A stretch of DNA of 64,000 nucleotides from a virus. Shown piece by piece: positions 1-8,669 of the stretch. Every line of letters begins with the position of its first letter. The stretch's first letter is position 1. A program made the translations under genes and the position numbers. The notes under the pieces are model-generated. The model worked only from the letters and a program-made list of their open reading frames with translations. It was not told the origin of the DNA and did not search any database. The stretch lies in IMG/VR virus record IMGVR_UViG_3300005253_000487, positions 1 through 64,000 of that record; one strand, written 5' to 3'.

Positions 1-548
1 ACGAGTCGTTCGTGCTCTGCCAGCCCACTTGGCGTCCCACCCTCCAGTAATTCAGTCACACCAAGGATGTTTTTTAGAGCATCCTGCGTTGGCGGCTCTC
101 CAGTAGGGGCGGGCTGTGGGAGCAACCTACGTCCATGCACAGGGCAATTCGTGCCCATTGAGTCAGGGTATCCTTCAAGTACCCAACGCCCAATGTCGGA
201 GAGTTTGCAGCTGCATCCAGCAGGGGTGGGCTCTGCCTCTGGCTGACATCTACCTCCACATTCTCCATAGCAGGCCGCACCCACAGCACCCATCCGACCG
301 CAGCGATCACACCTTGCAAGCGGGGCGGGCTCTGCCTTACGCCGCCTGTTCTTCTGCCGACGCTGCAGCGCCTCGAAATCATTGTGATCCGGTGGGGGCT
401 CTGCCCTGGACAGCGCTGTCCGATACTCCTGCAGCGCCAGGCCAAGGTGGTTTCGCGTGTCTACCCACACCATCTGGTCGGCACTGTACTTGACTCCGAC
501 CATCTTCTCCACACAGTTGATTAGTTCTCGCAGCGATACGGCACTCAT
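1..548 (-). CDS. Partial hypothetical protein (runs off left edge), Cys-rich with repeated AEPxP motifs
   Basis: Hand translation from ATG 548 (ATGA overlap with upstream stop) stays open to the edge: MSAVSLRELINCVEKMVGVKY...; GGCAGAGCCC recurs three times. Confidence 0.55.
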   Translation of the reverse strand, partial: MSAVSLRELINCVEKMVGVKYSADQMVWVDTRNHLGLALQEYRTALSRAEPPPDHNDFEALQRRQKNRRRKAEPAPLARCDRCGRMGAVGAACYGECGGRCQPEAEPTPAGCSCKLSDIGRWVLEGYPDSMGTNCPVHGRRLLPQPAPTGEPPTQDALKNILGVTELLEGGTPSGLAEHERL

Positions 549-850
549 GCGGCCACCATGCGTTTATATCTTGTTAGCGCCCCATGGATGCGACGGTGAC
601 ACGGCAGGTACAGCCACTGTACCTCAAGTGGTTCGTTGTAGTCCCAGTGGTGCTGTCGGCCGAGAGACACAAACTCCAACACCTTACGGATGTCTCTCAA
701 CCCATCCTCACAGGGCGTCACCTGTGCGGCTCCCCCACCGTCTTCTAGCGTGCAACGAAACTTTGCGTTTGGATCGGCGGGAGACACATTCTTGGAATCG
801 TCCAGGAGGGCTTCACGTGCCTGAACCGCAATTTGTAGTTTGCGTACCAT
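545..850 (-). CDS. Hypothetical protein
   Basis: Part of ORF 545..970; GAGG-preceded ATG at 850 (MVRKLQIAVQ...). Confidence 0.5.
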   Translation of the reverse strand: MVRKLQIAVQAREALLDDSKNVSPADPNAKFRCTLEDGGGAAQVTPCEDGLRDIRKVLEFVSLGRQHHWDYNEPLEVQWLYLPCHRRIHGALTRYKRMVAA

Positions 851-1369
851 GTGTTTTTGCCTCTCAATCCACTCTGTTCGTCCATCCAATAAAGATCCAC
901 CAGCGCCAGAGCATGAATCCGATCCCGAGACTACGCTCCCTGCTCTTGCGCCCTTCCGAACCTGTTTCAATACCGAAGTGCATTGACATCCTAAACCTCC
1001 ATTCGTGGCGGGGGCTTTACCTACCTGACCTTCGTGGTCCGGTAATGTAGTCGGGAGTACATGGCTTGTTGATTGTAGCAGTAGCAGGCCTCATACGATA
1101 GCTACCTACGGTTGTCAACTAAGCAAAGTGTTTTTCCGTGTTCAACGCACGTCGTAACCGGTGAAGCCGGGGCTTTCCCCTATTCGACTCGCCTAGCCGT
1201 GGGGCCTGCCGTCTGTGCCGAGAGTGTGTGACAGTTCCACCCCCCGCGCTTCCTACGCATCTAACGTCCTCACGCTTAGATACTGTCCTCCGGTCCTGGA
1301 CCTTACGGTGTGGTTCGGTGAGCCCCTGGTCTCTCATTCCAGGGGTAGTCAGCCCGTGCACCTTCCACA

Positions 1370-1612
1370 CTAGGGCGCCACTCTACGGTCGGAGTCCATG
1401 GCGCCCGCACCTCCCGTTAGTTTTCCACTGTGACGTGCTTCACGTGGTACGCGAGAACGGTGACAGAACGATCGCGTAGTAAAGAAAGTATGGGAGGCCG
1501 AGACCCCCTGAACTAAGGCCTCGCTTGCGTCCGTGTCGCCTTTGACTTCGGCGGTAGGCGAACGGAACCTCCCTGTTAGCAATGCAATTAGAAACTTGAG
1601 TGCTATGCCCAT
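1370..1612 (-). CDS. Hypothetical protein
   Basis: 80 aa ORF in a tightly packed minus-strand gene run. Confidence 0.45.
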   Translation of the reverse strand: MGIALKFLIALLTGRFRSPTAEVKGDTDASEALVQGVSASHTFFTTRSFCHRSRVPREARHSGKLTGGAGAMDSDRRVAP

Positions 1613-1959
1613 TACTTCCGCATCTCTCTTAGCTTGTCAAGGATAAGGCAAAACTGTCTGGCGCTCGTGGCAGCCTGCGCCGTCGCGGCAGCAAGGGCAC
1701 ACATACTTTTTTGTGCGTGTTTGATAGCTTCGATCATACGCGCCAAACGTTCATCGGTCATCGAAACTTCCTCGGTTGCCGTTTCAATTCTACCAGCGCC
1801 GCCTTGTACCGCTCCAGCATACGGGGCAGATGTTTGTACCCTGTCGCATCAGTCAAGTCTGCAATGCGCCCCTTCACGTACTGTAACGTTGCATCGTAGC
1901 TAGGACGTGTAGAGCGCAGAGTGTGGGCGAACTCGTGGGCAGTAGCGTGCAGGCGGCGC

Positions 1960-2214
1960 TTAGGCACGGTGGTCTTGTTGCTCCTCGAAGACACTTTCCT
2001 CCTTGAGAAGGCGCATCATGCGATTCATTGAATTGGTAGCCTCCTCGGCACGGATACCGCTTGCTTTGACTGCACGTTGTATGGCAAGGATGCCCTCTTC
2101 TAACTCTGCATCCGTGAACTCTGTTGTGTCGACACCCCAGAACGACAGCTCGCGGCGAACGCGAGCGAGGGCCTCGCGCCGTTGTCGTTTCTGCCACCAT
2201 GCTCTAAGTCCCAT
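1960..2214 (-). CDS. Hypothetical protein
   Basis: 84 aa ORF overlapping neighbours in operon fashion. Confidence 0.5.
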   Translation of the reverse strand: MGLRAWWQKRQRREALARVRRELSFWGVDTTEFTDAELEEGILAIQRAVKASGIRAEEATNSMNRMMRLLKEESVFEEQQDHRA

Positions 2215-2464
2215 CAGGTCTCGGGGCGGGAATGATCGTTACATTGTGCACTGAGTCTGCGAGCTTCTCGCCTTCCACTTCGATGAGTTTCTTGAGATAC
2301 CAATCCGCTTTCAAAAGATCGCCGACCGGTTTGCCCTTGTATCGGTAGCGGGCGAGGTACTTGACAACTTGTCCTGCAAGGAAATTAAAGTCTTGATCCA
2401 GGATGTAGTCGATGGTTTCGATCGACCCCTGGTTGTAATGGGAGGGGTGGTTTACGTTGCTCAT
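2204..2464 (-). CDS. DUF3310 family phage protein (putative nucleotide kinase)
   Basis: VNHPSHY...IETIDYI...GQVVKYLARYRYKG...DLLKADWYLKKLIE signature. Confidence 0.85.
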   Translation of the reverse strand: MSNVNHPSHYNQGSIETIDYILDQDFNFLAGQVVKYLARYRYKGKPVGDLLKADWYLKKLIEVEGEKLADSVHNVTIIPAPRPDGT

Positions 2465-2727
2465 ACGTTCGGTTCCGCCTCGTAACTTTTTAGGTCACTC
2501 CATTCCATCTCATGTCCACAATCTCTACACTCCACAGTGTCCCCGGGTTGGATGTCAAGGCACTTGTCAGGGTCATCAACAAACCCCAAGTGTTCACCGA
2601 TCGCTTTGTCCGTTCGCTTGCCCTTCCGTGCATTGAGGCGAAAGATTGCCTCAACGAGAATGTCGGTCGTCAACGTTAGGTCGGTTGACATGCACTCGTC
2701 ACAGCGAAACTCTTTCATGGCGCCCAT
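2461..2727 (-). CDS. Zinc-ribbon hypothetical protein
   Basis: CDEC and CRDC pairs. Confidence 0.55.
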   Translation of the reverse strand: MGAMKEFRCDECMSTDLTLTTDILVEAIFRLNARKGKRTDKAIGEHLGFVDDPDKCLDIQPGDTVECRDCGHEMEWSDLKSYEAEPNV

Positions 2728-2728
2728 G

Positions 2729-3520
2729 TTAATCCTTTACCACTTGTGCGTCTAGTTGTGCTGCTGTGTGTTGCATATAGTCTTCGCTGCCCGCAAACAC
2801 GCCCCGCAACGAAGCATCCTTGCGTCTACGTTCCAAGGTGTTGGGGTGGAACATGCCGGCAAGGGAAGAGAAGCCTGAGGTGTGGAGGTGACGAATGTAG
2901 GCCTCAGGTGATGGTACTTGCAACATGGATGTGATCACTGTGTCTGCACGGAACCTCTCGCTCTGGTCCACGCTACGACCAGTGATGTGGCGCCACAGAC
3001 GCATGGACTCTGCAACATGGTGTAGACTCTTAGCATCAGGGGGCAACGCGTCCAGTGCCTTGGATAGCCCTACAATCTTCATTCCTCCAGCGTGTCCCTT
3101 GTCCCTGCGGTGTCGACGTGGGGTAAGGAGAAGTACGCGAATTTGGTTGTACGCGTCCACAGCGTCTGGGCTGGTGAGGGGACCCAATGCGGATAGTCGC
3201 TTCGCTAACTTGCGGCGAACAGGTTCCGCTACGACAAGGTGGAAGCGGGCGAGGTGGGTGTTCACTTCCCGTAACCAATCCACTGTCTGTGGATCCAATG
3301 TGGGCTTCTTCACGCGAGGCAGTTCCGCTCCCGGGCCGAGAGCACGCGCACATGACTTGCAGATGCGGGCGCCTTCGGGCAGTGTGTGGACTATATTCTT
3401 GGCGGGGGTAGCGCGTAGGGTGATAACGCTGACGGTGCTGCACATTGTCTGTCGACCGCCTTGGGGCCACGCGTGCCACGGACGTCGCACAGCAAAGCGG
3501 ACCCAAGTAACTCTTGTCAC
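2729..3520 (-). CDS. Hypothetical protein (basic, N-terminal H/C zinc-like motif)
   Basis: 263 aa ORF, WH...C...CKSC. Confidence 0.55.
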   Translation of the reverse strand: MTRVTWVRFAVRRPWHAWPQGGRQTMCSTVSVITLRATPAKNIVHTLPEGARICKSCARALGPGAELPRVKKPTLDPQTVDWLREVNTHLARFHLVVAEPVRRKLAKRLSALGPLTSPDAVDAYNQIRVLLLTPRRHRRDKGHAGGMKIVGLSKALDALPPDAKSLHHVAESMRLWRHITGRSVDQSERFRADTVITSMLQVPSPEAYIRHLHTSGFSSLAGMFHPNTLERRRKDASLRGVFAGSEDYMQHTAAQLDAQVVKD

Positions 3521-3903
3521 GTAATCTCCACAAGGACACGGTAGACCTCAGTGTCCAAATCGTCTGCCCGCGCTGGAGCGTCTGTGCGGATGTATACCCG
3601 TTCACCAATACTGTTTAAGTCTCGGTGATCCCAATAGTTTGGTCCTACACTGCTAAATAAATCGCCAGGGCGAAGGTCTCGTTTTACACAAGGTTCCAAA
3701 CGAATGTTCATATCTTCTCCGCTTTGTGCAGACTTATGAGTAGTGACACCTGAGACTTTACGCAGGCTTGGAGTGTGGACAAAGGAAGATTGACGTCTGG
3801 GCTAGCACCCCCTTTTACCAATTCCCAACCGCTGTTCCCGCCTGTATTTCGGATGTGTCCTTGTAGGGGCTCCATCCATTGAGGCATGGTCCATTTTATG
3901 TGT

Positions 3904-5451
3904 TTAGCCATTGGTAACCTCCACTGTAAAACCCTCATCATGGTAGAGTTGAATGCGTTTGCGTGCTGCCGTATGGAGGTACTTAGCGGCGCGGGCTAAG
4001 AGACGCTCGTGGCTCTTAAATGTGACCCGGTCCACAATGTCTACGAGCCTGAGGAACTCCTTGCCATCTGTGCGTCGCAGCCCACGGCCGATGCGTTGCA
4101 ATGTCTGCTTCGTGGAACCCTCCCCGCTAACGAATAGAAGGTCAGTGGTATGTCCAAGTCGATTGGTTCCGCGGTCTAGGATCTTAGTAACCACAAGGAT
4201 GTGAATGTCTCCACGTCGGAACTGCCGCAGAACGTCTCGGCGTTGCGCCGGAGATGTGGAGCCATCCAAGAACACTGCACCTTTAATGGCCCGTGTAACA
4301 GAGTGTCCATGTTCCACACGGTTGACGATGACAGCGGTAGGTGTGTTGGGGCGGATGAGAGAGGCGATGAAATCATGACGCGCATAGTTGTTCATGACGG
4401 CCTCTTCGTAAACCCACCGTCGGCGTGCGGGTCCACTAAGCTCCCACCACTTCTTCAAGCCTCCGGTCAGCATGGGTGTGACATCGTATTGGTGTAACGT
4501 GACAGTGGGTGTAGCACTTACGTTGCGCTCTATGAGATCAATGTTCTTGGCTGCGAGTAGGATGGGCCCCATTAAGACGTCGAGTCTGAGATCTTCATAG
4601 GAGTCGTTTGGGAAGGTGCCGGAGAAGCCCAGGCGCCAGCGTGATCCTTTAGTATTGCTAAGGATGCGACGCCACGTTGCGACGTCCGCCCTGTCTGCTT
4701 CGTCTAGCAGTACCATTCCATGCCTGCCGACCCACTTGCGCCATACCTTTGCAGTGTCCCCCGTTTTTGCTGCCAATCGTTTCGACAGTGTTGGGACCAT
4801 GGCAATGGAGACAAGGTCTTGGGGCGGACGTTTAATACCTTGCGACACGCTTGCGGGTGAGAGTGAGGTCCACTTGGTAACCTCGTCCATGAGTGCATCG
4901 AATACGGAGATGGTGTCGCATAGGATGAGGACGGGGACGCCGAGTTGTGCGGCGAAGTCTGCCAGCAGTGCAATCACCGCACCCTTGCCCGCGTTGGTGG
5001 CAAGGGCGAAGCGCCCCCATTCATATTCCACGGCCGCTTTGAAAGCGACACGTTGGTACGTCCCTTGTGGTTCCGGTAGCTGTGTTAAGGTGGGGTGGGT
5101 GGGCGTGCAGGTAGGTGGTTGATTGTCTATTGTAATTGTTAACGCCTTACTCATGCGTTCGAGAAGCCCTCGAGACCCCCGGAACTCCCACACCCCTGGG
5201 CGTAACTGACGGCAGTACTTCCCCGGTGTGTAGGTGCCGTCCCAGAATACTGCCGCTGCTTTCTTACGTGCGGACGCCTCAGTCATCCCTCCCTGTATTA
5301 ACCTTCCTACCATGCTAGAGAACTTGCGGAAGCGGGGTGTGAACTGTGCATCAGGTACGGCATGGCGTTGACTCTCACGCCAATCGTACAGTGCCTTCGG
5401 CCCCGTAACAACCATTTCCGCGTGGTTGATGAGGTGGGCAACGGCAGTCAC
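3904..5451 (-). CDS. Superfamily 2 DNA helicase (UvsW-like)
   Basis: ATNAGKG (motif I), LLDEAD (II), GFSGT (III), QRIGRGLR (VI). Confidence 0.9.
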   Translation of the reverse strand: MTAVAHLINHAEMVVTGPKALYDWRESQRHAVPDAQFTPRFRKFSSMVGRLIQGGMTEASARKKAAAVFWDGTYTPGKYCRQLRPGVWEFRGSRGLLERMSKALTITIDNQPPTCTPTHPTLTQLPEPQGTYQRVAFKAAVEYEWGRFALATNAGKGAVIALLADFAAQLGVPVLILCDTISVFDALMDEVTKWTSLSPASVSQGIKRPPQDLVSIAMVPTLSKRLAAKTGDTAKVWRKWVGRHGMVLLDEADRADVATWRRILSNTKGSRWRLGFSGTFPNDSYEDLRLDVLMGPILLAAKNIDLIERNVSATPTVTLHQYDVTPMLTGGLKKWWELSGPARRRWVYEEAVMNNYARHDFIASLIRPNTPTAVIVNRVEHGHSVTRAIKGAVFLDGSTSPAQRRDVLRQFRRGDIHILVVTKILDRGTNRLGHTTDLLFVSGEGSTKQTLQRIGRGLRRTDGKEFLRLVDIVDRVTFKSHERLLARAAKYLHTAARKRIQLYHDEGFTVEVTNG

Positions 5452-5870
5452 TTCTTAATCCTTACGCACTCTGCTTCGTGGGCATGATGCTTCTTGGCGC
5501 AGGCGTAGCACAATTGGTCTCCGCACTTGTGGCAAAGGAACGTGGCGTCCTTCCCGCATTTGCTTTTGTGTACGATTACTATGCAATCACAACCCATCGT
5601 CGTCCTCCTCTATGTAATCATCACTGGGATGGAGTGCAGCGTGCAGACGGCGGGGGTTCCACACCCGCTCTCGTCTCTCGAACAACGCAAGCTCATCCCG
5701 CCGGAAGAAATGCCTAGGCAGACCAACACAACGCACGTCAACTTTCCAATAGCGTTCTGTCATTGTGCCGACAACACCAAGGTCGCCTGCTGACAACTGG
5801 ACAAAGAGGGGGCTGTCTGGGCATGGAGTAATCAACACGACGTCCCACTTACGTAGTCTAGTGCGGTGCT

Positions 5871-6218
5871 TCATTTCATCCACCGTCGTTGGGTAGACAG
5901 CCCTTCCCCTTCCATTTCTTCTTCAGCGCTTATGTCGTCGACGATATTGATGGTATAGAGTTTGCCCGTTACTGGCTTGCGTGGTGGATGCTGCGGTTGG
6001 GTTTCGAAGCGTGTGTAACTACCAGGTCGTCTTACGCCTGTGGCTAGGAACTCACACTCGGCGCACGTTTGTCCGAACGTCTCAGGTACTGTGACGAAAC
6101 CTTCTCCAAGCCATTCATCGCAGATGGCCTTGTTGAGGTCCGCGGTGTAGTGGGCCTTACTCTGGAAGCCCCCACGGCTTCTCCATGCGACACGGACGAG
6201 GTGATCGGGAGTTGGCAT
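5871..6218 (-). CDS. Hypothetical protein with zinc-finger-like motif
   Basis: KAH...C...TCAEC; 115 aa. Confidence 0.5.
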   Translation of the reverse strand: MPTPDHLVRVAWRSRGGFQSKAHYTADLNKAICDEWLGEGFVTVPETFGQTCAECEFLATGVRRPGSYTRFETQPQHPPRKPVTGKLYTINIVDDISAEEEMEGEGLSTQRRWMK

Positions 6219-6243
6219 AGTGCCCTGCCTTGCAAGTGAGAAA

Positions 6244-6312
6244 GCCGATGACCAGGAATTGAACCTGGACGCTCTAGGGTCATGTGGTCCCTCGAGCCAT
6301 GCCTACATCGGC
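6244..6312 (-). ncRNA. tRNA-like RNA lacking a D-arm
   Basis: 7-bp GCCGAUG/CAUCGGC acceptor-like stem, U8-A9, canonical T-arm CCAGG-UUCAAUU-CCUGG, central GCUC.AGGG/CCCU.GAGC stem; intergenic. Confidence 0.5.
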
Positions 6313-6418
6313 CGCGCCCACAGTGTCTCCGCCGTCTCACTTGCTTGAGCCACCGTACACGACTTCGGCGCTTTGTGCCCTTGCCGGCGCGCCGCGTGCC
6401 GTTCTAATAGTCTGCCCG

Positions 6419-7057
6419 CTACGCCTTGCGGTAGCGTAGCACGTTAATGGGTAGTGTTGCTGGGTCCAACATACGTTCCGCAAGGTAGTCTGCTGTGAAT
6501 TGCCGAATGCGGTGTAGCGTACGATGCCATTCCGTGCGCGTTAACTTGAATGCGGTTCGGAGTTGCACATGGGATGGGCGGATGTGTTTGCTGCCCCGTT
6601 GCTTCAACCTTGCCTTGCGTCGTGCAGTGATGCGAAGGAGTTTGCAATAGCGTTCGTCCTGGGGCTGGAGCAAGTTCTCTGCCACGCGTCGTGCAAGCAT
6701 CCCTTCCATCACCTCGAGGGCGTTGAGGTAAGCGTCGAGGTCGAGCGCGTTGTTCCACGCCCCTTGTGGATCCTGTAGCATCTTGTCCGGGGGGGCTGCG
6801 GTGAGGGGGAAGTCCTCGCGGTGACGGGCGCCGGAGTAGCGCCAGCCCCCGCTCCAGTAAATCCACATGCATCGTTGCAACAGTGTCCGCGCAAGTGCAA
6901 ATGATTTCTTGTGGACAGAGCTGCGGTGGTAAGAGAACAGAGCTTCCTGTACTAGGTCGTCTACGTCAGCTGGTTGCTGTGTGATGCGTCGGGCGAGTGA
7001 GTGGGCGAGGACGTTCAATTGTTGCGGTGTTGGAGACGGTGATTTGATTGTGGGCAC
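6419..7057 (-). CDS. Sigma-70/ECF-like phage transcription factor
   Basis: Region-2-like LARRI...DVDDLVQEALFSY and a basic helical C-terminus. Confidence 0.6.
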   Translation of the reverse strand: MPTIKSPSPTPQQLNVLAHSLARRITQQPADVDDLVQEALFSYHRSSVHKKSFALARTLLQRCMWIYWSGGWRYSGARHREDFPLTAAPPDKMLQDPQGAWNNALDLDAYLNALEVMEGMLARRVAENLLQPQDERYCKLLRITARRKARLKQRGSKHIRPSHVQLRTAFKLTRTEWHRTLHRIRQFTADYLAERMLDPATLPINVLRYRKA

Positions 7058-7068
7058 GATGGAACTCC

Positions 7069-7503
7069 TTAAGGGTTAAAGATTATAACTTGCTTACTTA
7101 ATTGACGAGCGTATCTAACTGTTGCCCATGTTCCAGAACGCACCACCTCCCCCTCTTGTTTTGGTGCCGCTAACATGACGTCACAGGCGGCAGCCATGTC
7201 GCGGTTGCGTTGGAGGTATGGTCTGGGAGGCATGATACGTTGGGCTGGTACTGGACAGTAGGCGCGCTTTCTAGCATCACTAGGCGGGTGTAGTATGACG
7301 AGGTGCTCTAAGCCTGTCTCCTGTACTATGGTAAACATCTGTTCGTCTGCCATGATGCAATCGCCCAAGTGGATTGAGCGCAGTGCTGCGCGATACTCAA
7401 TTAGGTAGTTGGTGAGATCGAAACATTGACGAGTGGTTAGGTCCCGGTGTTGGGTGCCAGTGAAACTTATGTCTAATTTGTTGTGCATAATTTTGCTGTC
7501 CAT
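7069..7503 (-). CDS. SLOG superfamily (YspA/DprA-like) nucleotide-binding protein
   Basis: ISFTGT, HLGDCIMAD, RNRDM...D.MLAAP, SGTWATVRYAR. Confidence 0.8.
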   Translation of the reverse strand: MDSKIMHNKLDISFTGTQHRDLTTRQCFDLTNYLIEYRAALRSIHLGDCIMADEQMFTIVQETGLEHLVILHPPSDARKRAYCPVPAQRIMPPRPYLQRNRDMAAACDVMLAAPKQEGEVVRSGTWATVRYARQLSKQVIIFNP

Positions 7504-7508
7504 GCGAC

Positions 7509-7535
7509 AGTATATGCAGACTTACAAAGGCGCAA
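7509..7535 (-). promoter_or_regulatory. Candidate sigma70 promoter, likely leaderless transcript
   Basis: TTGCGC-N15-TATACT ending 5 nt before ATG 7503; spacer is short. Confidence 0.3.
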
Positions 7536-7578
7536 GGGTTTTACTCTAACCCAAAAATTCGTATCGTATAAGTAGCGC

Positions 7579-7600
7579 ATAGGAATGCTATAGGAATGCT
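7579..7600 (+). repeat. 11-bp direct repeat ATAGGAATGCT x2, candidate RHH operator
   Basis: Exact tandem copies in the divergent intergenic region just upstream of the RHH gene. Confidence 0.55.
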
Positions 7601-7623
7601 TGCTAAAAGGGGGAACAACAACT

Positions 7624-7797
7624 ATGGTGATGCCGAAGCTGCCACCTGGAGAACGGAGAAGCGAACCTGTGTTCGTGCTTCTTCGTCCACGTGAGTTGCA
7701 ACAGGTGGATAAGATTGCCGAGAAAGAAGGGAAGAGTCGCGCCCAGGTACTGCGCGAGAGCTTCCTCGATAGGCATACGCAGGTCGATGCGCCTTGA
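7624..7797 (+). CDS. Ribbon-helix-helix (CopG-like) regulator
   Basis: VFVLLRPRELQQVDKIAEKEGKSRAQVLRE pattern; AAGGGG RBS. Confidence 0.75.
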   Translation: MVMPKLPPGERRSEPVFVLLRPRELQQVDKIAEKEGKSRAQVLRESFLDRHTQVDAP

Positions 7798-8009
7798 GGC
7801 TCGTGCCCTTGCGTGTCGTAATTCTAATTGTGGTTGCGGCTGTGGCTCTGACCGTAGGTGGGATGCTGTTGATGCTATGGGGTGGCTACCAATTAGGATT
7901 GTCCGCACAACTTATGAGTAGGCAAGAGGAGTTGACTGAGGAGGCAATCACACTCGTCAATAGTGTTGATGAGGCTGTGCGTTGCTTCCTGGGAGATTGT
8001 CCGCCGTGA
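7794..8009 (+). CDS. Small membrane protein
   Basis: Long hydrophobic N-terminal segment. Confidence 0.55.
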   Translation: MRLVPLRVVILIVVAAVALTVGGMLLMLWGGYQLGLSAQLMSRQEELTEEAITLVNSVDEAVRCFLGDCPP

Positions 8010-8101
8010 GGTCATCAGCACACGAACCTTGCTAAAATGTCCGTGGACGCGTAGACTAAGACTGTTGCAGTATGGGGAAGCAGTTTCAATCGAAGGAGGG
8101 C

Positions 8102-8440
8102 ATGATGCGAAGAATGCTTGGCAGAGTTGTCATGCTTGTGGCCGTACTGATGCTCAGTGCGGGGCTTCCACGAGCAGGTCCCGACACTGATGTAGGGATC
8201 GAACAGTACATTACCCAGGCCCAGGACGCGCAATACACCTTCGGTGCGATCGTTCCTCCCGCCGTTGACCTACGTGTCACAGAACAATTCGTGGCGGGTG
8301 CGTCGTTGGCAGAATCAAGATCGCCTCTGGTGATAACGCGGACGCAACGCTACGTGGATACTGTGCACACAAACACCGCCACGGCGACGTCCCGCTTTAT
8401 ACACCGGACCGATAACGGCTGGCGAACTCTGCGGACTTAG
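8102..8440 (+). CDS. Secreted/membrane hypothetical protein
   Basis: AAGGAGG RBS; signal-peptide-like MMRRMLGRVVMLVAVLMLSAG. Confidence 0.6.
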   Translation: MMRRMLGRVVMLVAVLMLSAGLPRAGPDTDVGIEQYITQAQDAQYTFGAIVPPAVDLRVTEQFVAGASLAESRSPLVITRTQRYVDTVHTNTATATSRFIHRTDNGWRTLRT

Positions 8441-8474
8441 CATAGGCGCGTGAGTTAGGAACATCCTGCTCACT

Positions 8475-8514
8475 AAAAAAGGCCACCAACACATTGCGCG
8501 TTGGTGGCCTTTTT
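8475..8514. terminator. Bidirectional intrinsic terminator
   Basis: AAAAAA-GGCCACCAAC-loop-GTTGGTGGCC-TTTTT between convergent gene blocks. Confidence 0.85.
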
Positions 8515-8669
8515 GTAAGTTCGAGGGGGCCTGCTCCCCGCCGTCTAACTACGAGACGGGAAGCAAGGAGCAACCCTCCCCCTCTGGTGCCCGGAGTCCA
8601 CTTTCTAATGGAACGCCCGTTGACGCAGACCGCCTGGGTGGGCCATCCCATCCAGACACCATTGTCTAC

